Source: a virus
Lineage: Duplodnaviria > Caudoviricetes
DNA length: 58,222 nucleotides
Strand: one strand, 5' to 3'
IMG/VR virus record: IMGVR_UViG_3300034116_002079
Coordinates: 1 to 58,222 of that record
Shown here piece by piece: positions 1 to 7,848 of the stretch (the first letter of the stretch is position 1; the number at the start of each line of letters is the position of its first letter). The notes beneath the pieces were generated by a model that searched no databases, was not told the DNA's origin, and saw only the letters and a program-made list of their open reading frames with translations. The translations under genes and the position numbers were made by a program.

Positions 1-70
1 ATTATACACGCAAAAACGCCAAAAAACCATGTGTGCAAAAATACAACATAGGTGTTTACCCCTATTGACA
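1..70. repeat. Copy 1 of a ~70 bp imperfect direct repeat (divergent promoter module)
   Basis: ATTATACACG..GTGTG..AAATACAACATAGG..ACCCCTATTGAC aligns without gaps to 1281-1350. Confidence 0.85.
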
Positions 71-94
71 GCCGCTCCAAAATTATGATATAAT
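65..94 (+). promoter_or_regulatory. sigma70-type promoter with extended -10
   Basis: TTGACA 65-70, 18 bp spacer, TG-A-TATAAT 86-94; palindrome CCAAAATTAT-gat-ATAATTTTGG (77-99) overlaps the -10. Confidence 0.75.
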
Positions 95-102
95 TTTGGC
101 GC

Positions 103-132
103 AAACTTGAATACCTGAGTATTCAAGTTTTT
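103..132. terminator. Intrinsic terminator-like hairpin, possibly bidirectional
   Basis: 12 bp perfect stem AAACTTGAATAC/GTATTCAAGTTT, 4 nt loop, T-run; just downstream of minus ORF 149-496. Confidence 0.7.
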
Positions 133-148
133 CTGCAAACCTTGGTAT

Positions 149-496
149 TCAAAATGAAACAATATCTATATCGTAATAAGCCTTGAAGTATTTTCGCCAT
201 TGGGTGAAACCTGTTTTTGTGTCATGCCCTAGGTCTTTGTCTTGTTCCATTTGCCAAGCGTGAACATACTCATGCGCTAGTGTTGAAAACAAATCAATAT
301 CTGATTTTACTTCGCTAGTGGCAATGCGGATTTTGTGCAGGTGTTTTTTACCTACCTTTTCACCCTCATACATTCCCATGCACGAATCACCATCAAAACG
401 CAAAACCTTAGTTTTTGCAAAGTTAACCCGTGATTTCAATTTGAATTCATTTTGCAAAATCAACTGAAACAATCTTGTTTTATCTGATTTAATCAT
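149..496 (-). CDS. Small HEXXH (zincin/SprT-like) putative metalloprotein
   Basis: TLAHEYVHAWQ motif with a downstream GH and F..W pattern. Confidence 0.6.
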   Translation of the reverse strand: MIKSDKTRLFQLILQNEFKLKSRVNFAKTKVLRFDGDSCMGMYEGEKVGKKHLHKIRIATSEVKSDIDLFSTLAHEYVHAWQMEQDKDLGHDTKTGFTQWRKYFKAYYDIDIVSF

Positions 497-497
497 A

Positions 498-659
498 TTA
501 ATCTACCTGAATATCTACAATCATTTGATCTTTAATAATCAAATACATTTCAACGAGTCCCATTGAAACCCAAACACAACCATTACCCTCACGCATAGCG
601 TAGGTTTTATCAGGATAGCGCCTATCCATGTATTCTTTAGCAATTTGAAAATTTGTCAT
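498..659 (-). CDS. Hypothetical 53 aa protein (MTNFQIAKEY...DIQVD), not in the ORF track
   Basis: Manual translation; stop is 1 nt from the next ATG; TATAAT at 671-666 lies 6 nt upstream of the ATG. Confidence 0.7.
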   Translation of the reverse strand: MTNFQIAKEYMDRRYPDKTYAMREGNGCVWVSMGLVEMYLIIKDQMIVDIQVD

Positions 660-686
660 AGCGTTATTATATCCGATAAATTTAAG

Positions 687-706
687 ATAGGGGCAAAAGC
701 CCCTAT
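687..706 (-). terminator. Hairpin after the A2-like gene
   Basis: ATAGGGGC-aaaa-GCCCCTAT 8 bp stem directly after the stop at 710; short U-tract. Confidence 0.6.
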
Positions 707-709
707 TGG

Positions 710-1036
710 TTACATGGTCTTTTCAGCCCTGATAAAGTCAGCAATTTTGGCAAGTGCTACCTTGTTTGCCTTAGTAAGTGATTCTGTATCAGCTTCAGTC
801 AAGCCCAACATTTCACCGATAAAATCAGCGTGAACATCTTTTTTAATTGGTGTTTCACCTGATTTTGTTTTGTAAGCCTTAGCTTGGTAAACCTTTTCAC
901 GGCTCAATTTTGCAACAACTGAACGAACAGTTTTGCCCAATGTTTCCGCAAGGGTTTCAACGCTAGTACCAGCTTGGTAGTCAGCGATCATCTGAGCTGT
1001 TTGCTCAGGTGTGTAATTCACAGTCTTGGTAGTCAT
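710..1036 (-). CDS. A2: T5 A2-like pre-early DNA-binding protein
   Basis: HTH-like segment (LAETLGKTVRSVVAKLSREKVYQ) and ESLTKA tail resemble T5 A2 as I recall it; AGGAG RBS; divergent from terminase. Confidence 0.6.
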   Translation of the reverse strand: MTTKTVNYTPEQTAQMIADYQAGTSVETLAETLGKTVRSVVAKLSREKVYQAKAYKTKSGETPIKKDVHADFIGEMLGLTEADTESLTKANKVALAKIADFIRAEKTM

Positions 1037-1058
1037 TTAATTTTCTCCTAATAAAATG

Positions 1059-1160
1059 TCAAGGGTTAACGAAAGAAGCTATGTTATAGCATATCACAAT
1101 GAAGGCAATAACGCAAGCCTTAATTGCAAACATTGTAAAGTAAAATTCTTTATCGGTCAT
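1059..1160 (-). CDS. 33 aa hydrophobic micropeptide (MTDKEFYFTMFAIKACVIAFIVICYNIASFVNP)
   Basis: Manual translation; TAATG overlap with the upstream ORF; one hydrophobic segment. Confidence 0.5.
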   Translation of the reverse strand: MTDKEFYFTMFAIKACVIAFIVICYNIASFVNP

Positions 1161-1273
1161 TATGGTTTCATCACAAAAGCAAAGTATAACACAAAAGGCA
1201 AGGCAATGCAAACCATGCACAGGGTAAGATCAAAAAATTCTTTTAGTTTGTTCATAGTGTCTTTCGTCATCAT
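1160..1273 (-). CDS. 37 aa hydrophobic micropeptide (MMTKDTMNKLKEFFDLTLCMVCIALPFVLYFAFVMKP)
   Basis: Manual translation; ATG 7 nt downstream of TATAAT (1286-1281); one hydrophobic segment. Confidence 0.55.
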   Translation of the reverse strand: MMTKDTMNKLKEFFDLTLCMVCIALPFVLYFAFVMKP

Positions 1274-1280
1274 GTATTCT

Positions 1281-1310
1281 ATTATACACGAATAACCAAG
1301 AAAAGATCAA
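1281..1310 (-). promoter_or_regulatory. Leftward sigma70-type promoter
   Basis: Minus strand TTGATC-N18-TATAAT. Confidence 0.65.
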
Positions 1311-1350
1311 GTGTGTAGAAATACAACATAGGGATAAACCCCTATTGACT
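1281..1350. repeat. Copy 2 of the ~70 bp divergent promoter module
   Basis: Matches 1-70; contains a leftward promoter and the -35 of a rightward promoter. Confidence 0.85.
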
Positions 1351-1373
1351 AGGGGCGGTTATTAGACTATAAT
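1345..1373 (+). promoter_or_regulatory. sigma70-type promoter
   Basis: TTGACT-N17-TATAAT. Confidence 0.7.
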
Positions 1374-1452
1374 TTCCCCCACGCCTAAGGGCCCCCCGAC
1401 ACGGCCTATTTAAGGAAAATTCTCAAACACCCTAAGGTGCCAAAATCCACAC

Positions 1453-1481
1453 TTGCTAAAATATCCCTAAACTGCTATAAT
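1453..1481 (+). promoter_or_regulatory. Promoter for the terminase operon
   Basis: TTGCTA-N17-TATAAT with TGn extension; AAGGA RBS before ATG 1502. Confidence 0.7.
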
Positions 1482-1501
1482 CTACATAAAAGGATACCAC
1501 C

Positions 1502-1975
1502 ATGACAACTCATCTACCCGCCGAAACTGTACGCATTTCTCCCGAAGCACTGGAAGTTGCCAACGCGTACCTACAACTCAACGATGCCAGAGCCGTAGCT
1601 CAGGAATTAGACCTTGACCCTGAAGTGGTAACAAACTTACTAGCCCGCCGCGAGGTCAAAACTTATATCGATTCAGTGTTTTTTGATAGTGGCTACAACA
1701 ATCGCTTTTTAATGCGACGTGCCATGGATGCACTAATCAAACAAAAGTTTCAGGAACTTGAAGAATCGCAAACTGGATCAACCAAGGATATTGCCGAATT
1801 GCTGCAAATGTCACACAAAATGTCTATGGACTTGCTTGACCGCGAGATCCAACTAGAAAAAGCACGCACAGCTACTGGCCCGCAAAAGCAAGTAAACGTA
1901 CAAATCAACGAAGGCTTGGACGGAAGCAAATACTCGCAGCTAGTACAAAAATTAATTACAGGTGAAGGCGTCTAA
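1502..1975 (+). CDS. terS: Terminase small subunit, T5-like
   Basis: ISPEALEVANAYL..YIDSVFFDSGYNNR..STKDIAELL pattern and 157 aa size; upstream of terL. Confidence 0.85.
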   Translation: MTTHLPAETVRISPEALEVANAYLQLNDARAVAQELDLDPEVVTNLLARREVKTYIDSVFFDSGYNNRFLMRRAMDALIKQKFQELEESQTGSTKDIAELLQMSHKMSMDLLDREIQLEKARTATGPQKQVNVQINEGLDGSKYSQLVQKLITGEGV

Positions 1976-2367
1976 TGCTAGAATGTCTTATCCTAGGCGA
2001 CTCAATTGCCACAGGCGTTGCCCAGCACAGACCCGAGTGTGCAACATATGCCAAAGTCGGAATCAACTCCTACAATTGGGTTAATCAAAACATCACCAAA
2101 CCCTTAGCCGCAAAAACTGTGGTTATTAGTCTTGGCAGCAACGATCACCAAAATATTAAAACTCACCGTGAACTACACACCCTACGCGAGCTGACTGTAG
2201 CTGATCGCGTGTACTGGATTTTACCAGCCAACAAATTGGAAATTCAAGAATTCGTTAAACAAATTGCCCAACAGTATGGTGATGTAGTCCTCGGCTTTCA
2301 ACCAAGCCGTGACAAGGTGCATCCAACTAGCCAAGGCTATCGCGAATTAGCAAAGGCCACCCACTAA
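1975..2367 (+). CDS. SGNH/GDSL hydrolase (esterase)
   Basis: GDS (block I), G (II), GSND (III), DKVHP (V). Confidence 0.85.
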   Translation: MLECLILGDSIATGVAQHRPECATYAKVGINSYNWVNQNITKPLAAKTVVISLGSNDHQNIKTHRELHTLRELTVADRVYWILPANKLEIQEFVKQIAQQYGDVVLGFQPSRDKVHPTSQGYRELAKATH

Positions 2368-3653
2368 TGTTAGTAGTTTCACGCCCAGATGTTAATGTAG
2401 ACGCTATTACTGAGTTCGACCCTCAGCAGCGGTTTATTAAGCTACCCATCACAAATTACCTTAAGCTATTAAACATCTACGACACAATCAACCGCCCACA
2501 GGTTGCCCTAATCAACGCAGTTAACGATCCCAAATACAGGTTTATCTGTGCTGCACTGGCACGTCGACTTGGAAAAACTTATATCGCCAACGTAATTGGT
2601 CAACTGGTAACACTAGTCCCAGGGTCGAATGTACTTATCATTTCACCCAACTACAACTTATCGTCAATCTCATTTGAGCTGCAACGTAAACTTATCAAGC
2701 ACTTTGACTTGGAAGTAGCCCGTGACAACTTAAAAGACAAAATTATCGAGTTATCAAATGGAAGCACTATACGTATGGGTTCATTGGGAACAGTTGATTC
2801 AACTGTTGGTAGATCGTACGACTTAATTATCTTTGACGAGGCTGCACTTGGTGAAGGCGGCGAAGCTGCGTTTAACGTTGCACTACGTCCAACACTTGAC
2901 AAACCCAACGCCAAAGCAATTTTTATTTCAACGCCTCGCGGTCGCAACAACTGGTTTTCGCAGTTTTGGAATCGTGGCTTTGACAACAACTTTCCTGAGT
3001 GGATTAGCTTACAAGCTGACTACACTGAAAATACTCGTATGGCTGAATCGGATGTTGCGGAAGCACGTCGAAGCATGTCAAAAGCCGAATTTGAACAAGA
3101 ATACTTGGCCTCATTCACCGTGTTCGAAGGCCAAATTTATGCACTAAAAGATGAAGACGTTACAGAAATTCCTGAGGACCTCAAAGGTGAGGCGTTTGCT
3201 GGATGCGACCCTGGCTACAGAGATGCTACTGCTTACTGCGCTATCGTTTACGATTGGAACCGCGATTGCTTTTATATTGTCGATGAATACTTAAAATCGG
3301 AACAAACCACCGAGCAGCACGCTACGGCGTTTCGCGAATACAACGACAAGCACGGTGTTGAAGTTACTTTTATTGACTCGGCTGCAGCACAATTTGCTTC
3401 AGACCTTGCCTACTTGTACAACATTTCAACTACAAAAGCCAAAAAAGATGTCTTACCAGGCATCGCGTATGTGCAGACACTGTTACAACAGGGTCGGCTA
3501 AAGGTAGCCCCGCATTGTACCAATGTACGTGCTATGTTTGACCAGTATCGCTGGGATCAACGTGAGGGGCTGCAACGTGAACGTCCCATGCATGATCAAT
3601 ATAGTCACATGGCTGATGCAGTTCGTTATGCTCTTTACACCTACACGGTGTAA
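2367..3653 (+). CDS. terL: Terminase large subunit, T5-like
   Basis: Walker A variant ARRLGKT, Walker B IIFDEAA, ISTPRG coupling motif, nuclease acids (DPG, HMADAVRY). Confidence 0.95.
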   Translation: MLVVSRPDVNVDAITEFDPQQRFIKLPITNYLKLLNIYDTINRPQVALINAVNDPKYRFICAALARRLGKTYIANVIGQLVTLVPGSNVLIISPNYNLSSISFELQRKLIKHFDLEVARDNLKDKIIELSNGSTIRMGSLGTVDSTVGRSYDLIIFDEAALGEGGEAAFNVALRPTLDKPNAKAIFISTPRGRNNWFSQFWNRGFDNNFPEWISLQADYTENTRMAESDVAEARRSMSKAEFEQEYLASFTVFEGQIYALKDEDVTEIPEDLKGEAFAGCDPGYRDATAYCAIVYDWNRDCFYIVDEYLKSEQTTEQHATAFREYNDKHGVEVTFIDSAAAQFASDLAYLYNISTTKAKKDVLPGIAYVQTLLQQGRLKVAPHCTNVRAMFDQYRWDQREGLQRERPMHDQYSHMADAVRYALYTYTV

Positions 3654-3673
3654 TGGCTAAGAAAATTTTTACA

Positions 3674-3702
3674 TTGACTTTTTGTTGCTGTAATGCTATA
3701 AT
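3674..3702 (+). promoter_or_regulatory. sigma70-type promoter for dps and head genes
   Basis: TTGACT-N17-TATAAT with TGn extension and A/T-rich upstream tract. Confidence 0.8.
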
Positions 3703-3744
3703 ACTAGGTAATTGTGGAGTACTTTATTCCACCTGGAGAAAATA

Positions 3745-4185
3745 ATGGACAAAACAGAATACGAAGCAATGCTAAAAGCAGCATTTGCCAGTGAATTCTC
3801 GTTCTTCTTAAAAGCGGCTGGTTTCCACTGGAATGTTGAAGGCAATTCGTTTCCACAGTATCATGAACTGTTTGGTAAGATTTACGGTGAAGTTTACGCC
3901 TCAATTGATACTTTTGCTGAACAGCTTCGTGCACTCAGAATTTATGCGCCTGCCGCATTTGAAGTATTTGACGAGATTTCAGCAGTTGAGTGTCAAACAG
4001 GCGTGCCTGGTGCTATGCAAATGACGCAAGAACTTTTAGCTGATTCGGATTTAATGGCTGAGATTTTTCGCGCAGCGTACTCCGCTGCTGAACAAATGGG
4101 CGATTACGGTTTAGCTAACTTTTTAGCAGATCGTCAAGACGCTCACCGCAAACATTCCTGGATGTTACGCTCTACCCTGAAATAA
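3745..4185 (+). CDS. dps: Dps family ferritin-like protein
   Basis: FHWNVEG..F..YHELF..IY..D..AEQLR and HRKHSWMLRS motifs; start moved to ATG 3745 (GGAG RBS). Confidence 0.9.
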   Translation: MDKTEYEAMLKAAFASEFSFFLKAAGFHWNVEGNSFPQYHELFGKIYGEVYASIDTFAEQLRALRIYAPAAFEVFDEISAVECQTGVPGAMQMTQELLADSDLMAEIFRAAYSAAEQMGDYGLANFLADRQDAHRKHSWMLRSTLK

Positions 4186-4625
4186 TGGCAAAGAATACAA
4201 ATAAACGGATTCCTGTAAAGTGGGTTCGTGACCGGGCTAAAGCAGCCTATGAAAAGAAAGATCGGTGCCATATCTGTTCAAGTTCACAAGACTTAGAACT
4301 GCACCACCTACACTCAGTTACAATACTCCTAGATAAATGGGCTGAAGCAAAAGGTTACGATATTTCAACAGACGCAGGTATTTTAGCTGTTCGTGACGAG
4401 TTTATTGATACGCACCGAGTAGAGTTATATGACCAAGTTTACACCCTTTGTAATCGGCATCATGTAGCGCTGCACAGTGTTTATGGTAAGGCTCCTCGCC
4501 CTGGTTCAGAGCCCAAACAGGCCCACTGGATTGAAACACAGCGTGCAAAACATACTGGCGAGGCTGCTGAAACAGTTGTAATTCCTAAAAAGAGCTTTGG
4601 TAGTTTTTTCTCTGAGTTTACTTAA
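4185..4625 (+). CDS. HNH-type nicking endonuclease, T5-like
   Basis: KWVRDRAK, CHIC, LELHH, TLCNRHH..LH..YGK; sits between terL and portal as in T5. Confidence 0.8.
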   Translation: MAKNTNKRIPVKWVRDRAKAAYEKKDRCHICSSSQDLELHHLHSVTILLDKWAEAKGYDISTDAGILAVRDEFIDTHRVELYDQVYTLCNRHHVALHSVYGKAPRPGSEPKQAHWIETQRAKHTGEAAETVVIPKKSFGSFFSEFT

Positions 4626-4634
4626 GGGAAAACT

Positions 4635-5810
4635 ATGTCAAGATTTACAGACTGGATAGTTGAAAAACTAAACCCAGCACAAACACGTATCGCTCAAGAA
4701 GCCGGTACACAAATTGGTTCGCAATCAAAGGTTACGTACCAACAAGCTTTTCAAAAATTAGAGTCGGTTAATCGTAGTGTGAGCATGCTTGTTAACGCTG
4801 CTACTTCACTTGATTACGACGTAAAAGATAAGATTGCAGAAGGTATTGTTGGCGGAATTCGTCAAAAGTCGCTTAATACGCTTTTAAACTTCCGACCTAA
4901 CCCTTACCAATCTACACAAGAATTTCGCCAAGCAATTTTCACAGATTTGATCTTGGAAGGTAACGTGTTCATACACTTTGACGGTGTATTTATGTATCAC
5001 CTGCCTTCAGCAAACGTAGAAATTTTAACTGATACCAAAACGTTTATTCGTGGCTATCGCTACAACGGTATGGTTGATTTTAAAGAGTCAGAAGTATTTC
5101 ACTTCCGTGATTTGAATTCAAATTCTATTTATCGAGGTGCATCGCGGTTAGAAGCAGCTCAACGAAGTATTGCTACACTACACGCAATGAAAGAGTTTCA
5201 AGAGAACTTTTTTGAAAACGGAGCTGTATTCGGCTTAGTACTTACTTCGGAAAATACGCTCTCACAAGTTGCAAAAGAAAAAACAATACAATACTGGTTA
5301 CAGAAATATTCAACTAAACAAGGTGGCAAGCGTCCAGTAATTCTGGATAGTGGCTTGAAACCTGCACAAGTATCTAATCAAAACTTCAAAGACATGGACT
5401 TTGATCAGTCGATCAAAACCCACAACGAATTAATTATGCAATGTATAGGTATTCCTCCAATCTTATTGGCTGGCGGAAATAATGCTAATATTTCACCTAA
5501 TTTACGGCTATTCTATTTAGAAACAGTAATGCCGATTGTTCGCAAATTTACTTCAAGCCTTGAACGATACTTTGGATATGACATTGAAGCAATTACTAGC
5601 TCTGTGTCAGCACTGCAACCAGAATTAAAAGATATTGCTGCCTACCACTCGACATTAGTCAATGCAGGCATCATTACAGCTAATGAAGCAAGAAAAGAAT
5701 TGCGTTATGAACCAAAAGATGGTAATGACGAAATAAGAATACCCGCCAACATTGCGGGTTCGGCTGCTGATCCGTCGAAAGGTGGTAGGCCCACAGATAA
5801 TCAGCAATAA
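4635..5810 (+). CDS. Portal protein (HK97 family, T5 pb7-like)
   Basis: EKLNPAQ start, RPNPYQ, DLILEGN, FFENGA, IGIPPILL, GIITANEAR. Confidence 0.93.
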   Translation: MSRFTDWIVEKLNPAQTRIAQEAGTQIGSQSKVTYQQAFQKLESVNRSVSMLVNAATSLDYDVKDKIAEGIVGGIRQKSLNTLLNFRPNPYQSTQEFRQAIFTDLILEGNVFIHFDGVFMYHLPSANVEILTDTKTFIRGYRYNGMVDFKESEVFHFRDLNSNSIYRGASRLEAAQRSIATLHAMKEFQENFFENGAVFGLVLTSENTLSQVAKEKTIQYWLQKYSTKQGGKRPVILDSGLKPAQVSNQNFKDMDFDQSIKTHNELIMQCIGIPPILLAGGNNANISPNLRLFYLETVMPIVRKFTSSLERYFGYDIEAITSSVSALQPELKDIAAYHSTLVNAGIITANEARKELRYEPKDGNDEIRIPANIAGSAADPSKGGRPTDNQQ

Positions 5811-5819
5811 AGGGGTAAT

Positions 5820-7760
5820 ATGGTAGATAAAAGTAAAGTACTGTTTTTAAACAGTTCATTTATCAAGAGTACTGCCACCGACGGAAAAACAGCTAGTATA
5901 ACAATCGAAGGGTACGCAAGTACTACGGATATTGATAGACAGGGCGACGTTGTTCCTGTAAGCGTTTGGGAAAAGGGTATTCAGAATTACTTGAAAAATC
6001 CAGTAATTTTAGCATACCATGACCATAGCGAACCAGTTGGTAGGATGGTAGAACATAGAATTGACGGCAAAGGGTTATGGATTAAAGCCAGAATCTCTTC
6101 GGCAGCCAGTGAGGTGTTCAATCTTGTAAAAGACGGCGTTTTAACGGCGTTTAGTATCGGATTCCGAATCGTAGATGCGGAGTACAACTCAGCTGCAGAG
6201 CTGTTTGTGGTAAAGGAATTGGAACTACATGAAATTTCAGTAGTATCAGTGCCAGCTAATCAAAATACACTATTTAGTCTTTCTAAGGCGTTTGATACAG
6301 CCGAAGAATTTAAATCTTTCAAAATGCAGTTTGCACCCAACAGCGAATCAGCTAAAGGGCTAGAATCCTCAACGGAAGCAAGCAGCGAAGTCAAAAAGGA
6401 AATGGAAATGGATCCAAAACAATTAGAACAAATGTTAGCTGATGCAGCTAGCAAAGCGGCTGAGCAAACTGCAAAAGCCATCGCCGAAACACAGGCAAAA
6501 GCATTGGCTGAAAAAGCTGCTGCTGACAAGGCTGAAGCCGAATTAGACGCACGCGTTAAAGCCGCCGTTGCCTCTATCTCTACTGGTGACACAGGTGCTG
6601 AGCGCTTGTTGGCCGAAGTTGAGAAGCGCTTGGAAAAAGCCGAAGAAACAAACAAAACAGTGATCTCTGGTTTGGAAGCTGCTCTGAAAGAGAAAGCTGC
6701 TGAAATCGAAGCAATCACAAAATCTAAAATGTCTTTCCAAGAAGCCAAAGACGGTATGTCTTATGCTGACAAAGAAAAGGCAGTTTTATTGTCTAAAATG
6801 GCTGGCAAGTCTATCGACGGCACAAAAGCTGGTCGCGAATTAGTGCAAAAATACGGTGCTCACGTGCCTTCCGCTACATGGGAACTCGAAGTTTCTTTGA
6901 ACTTGGAATCTGAAGTTCGTCGTCGTTTAGTTGTTGCTCCAGTGTTCCGTAACATTGCTATGCAAACCAACGTGATGACCATTCCAGTCAATCCAGAAGC
7001 AGGAACTGCTACTTGGGTTACTAACGCTGAGTTTGGCGCCGTGCCAGCTACCCTTGGTGCAGCTGGTCCTTCTGCTGGTGGTAACGCTACTCACGCTCTC
7101 AAAGAAATCACTTTGAATGCATATAAACTCGCTACAAACGAGTATACAGCATACGAAGAAGAAGAAGATGCTTTGTTGGCTTTGATGCCTATCATCCGTG
7201 ATGGTATGGTTCGCCGTGTTGCTCGCGCCGTTGACAAGGCCTTCTTGTTAGGTGCTGGTTCTGGTTCTGACCCTGTTAAGGGCTTGGCTAACTGGGCTTC
7301 CAACACTACTGCCGCCGGTAACACTGTTGCTGCTGGTATGAACGTTGCTAAATTGCGCACATTGCGTCAAGGCTTGGGTGCTTGGGGTCTCGATCCCGCA
7401 GAAGTAATTTATATCATTAATACTGATACATATTACCAGTTGCTGGAAGACACAACCTTCCAAACAATGAACCAAGTTGGTACACAAGCTACATTGTTGA
7501 CTGGTCAAATCGGTCAAATCGGTGGTAGCCCCGTGTTGGTCTCTGCAGAGTTCGCTTCACCAGGTACTGGTATTGCTGGCGCTATCTGCTTGAACCCAGG
7601 CAACTTTATCGTTGGTAACCAGCGCGGTCTCCGCATTGATACCCAAGAATTGGTTGAAACACAGCGTCGCGTTATGGTGGCTAGCCTCCGTACTGGCATG
7701 ACACGTGTTACTACTAACTTAGGTAACGCTGTTACAGCACACAAGTACACAGCAACCTGA
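5820..7760 (+). CDS. Fused HK97-type prohead protease and major capsid protein
   Basis: N-terminal IEGYAST..DRQGD..LAYHDH..FSIGF..EISVVSVPAN protease motifs, coiled-coil scaffold, HK97-fold capsid; probable internal start at 6408. Confidence 0.92.
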   Translation: MVDKSKVLFLNSSFIKSTATDGKTASITIEGYASTTDIDRQGDVVPVSVWEKGIQNYLKNPVILAYHDHSEPVGRMVEHRIDGKGLWIKARISSAASEVFNLVKDGVLTAFSIGFRIVDAEYNSAAELFVVKELELHEISVVSVPANQNTLFSLSKAFDTAEEFKSFKMQFAPNSESAKGLESSTEASSEVKKEMEMDPKQLEQMLADAASKAAEQTAKAIAETQAKALAEKAAADKAEAELDARVKAAVASISTGDTGAERLLAEVEKRLEKAEETNKTVISGLEAALKEKAAEIEAITKSKMSFQEAKDGMSYADKEKAVLLSKMAGKSIDGTKAGRELVQKYGAHVPSATWELEVSLNLESEVRRRLVVAPVFRNIAMQTNVMTIPVNPEAGTATWVTNAEFGAVPATLGAAGPSAGGNATHALKEITLNAYKLATNEYTAYEEEEDALLALMPIIRDGMVRRVARAVDKAFLLGAGSGSDPVKGLANWASNTTAAGNTVAAGMNVAKLRTLRQGLGAWGLDPAEVIYIINTDTYYQLLEDTTFQTMNQVGTQATLLTGQIGQIGGSPVLVSAEFASPGTGIAGAICLNPGNFIVGNQRGLRIDTQELVETQRRVMVASLRTGMTRVTTNLGNAVTAHKYTAT

Positions 7761-7779
7761 TCTGCTAGTGTAATTGTTT

Positions 7780-7807
7780 AACAAGACCCTCTCGGGGGTC
7801 TTGTTTT
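7780..7807 (+). terminator. Intrinsic terminator after the capsid gene
   Basis: AACAAGACCC..GGGTCTTGTT stem ending in a T-run. Confidence 0.7.
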
Positions 7808-7848
7808 ATAAAGGTATTATGTGCCTTTATAAAACAAGCGAGGTATTT

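Noticed and set aside
645-1295. + strand ORFs 645-833 and 1056-1295
   Set aside because: They are antisense to the A2-like gene and the coupled micro-ORFs, which have the promoter and RBS support
3712-3744. Upstream starts in the ORF track for dps (also 7774, 53448, 54324, 58186)
   Set aside because: Downstream starts have proper Shine-Dalgarno spacing; the extensions run through leaders, terminators or neighbouring genes
4185-4625. HNH gene as a mobile homing endonuclease or intron
   Set aside because: Position and motifs match the conserved T5-type nicking endonuclease, and flanking genes are uninterrupted
5987-7750. Several minus-strand ORFs inside the protease-capsid gene (and similar ones in tape measure and fibres)
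   Set aside because: Antisense shadows of biased codon usage; no RBS, promoter or recognisable motifs
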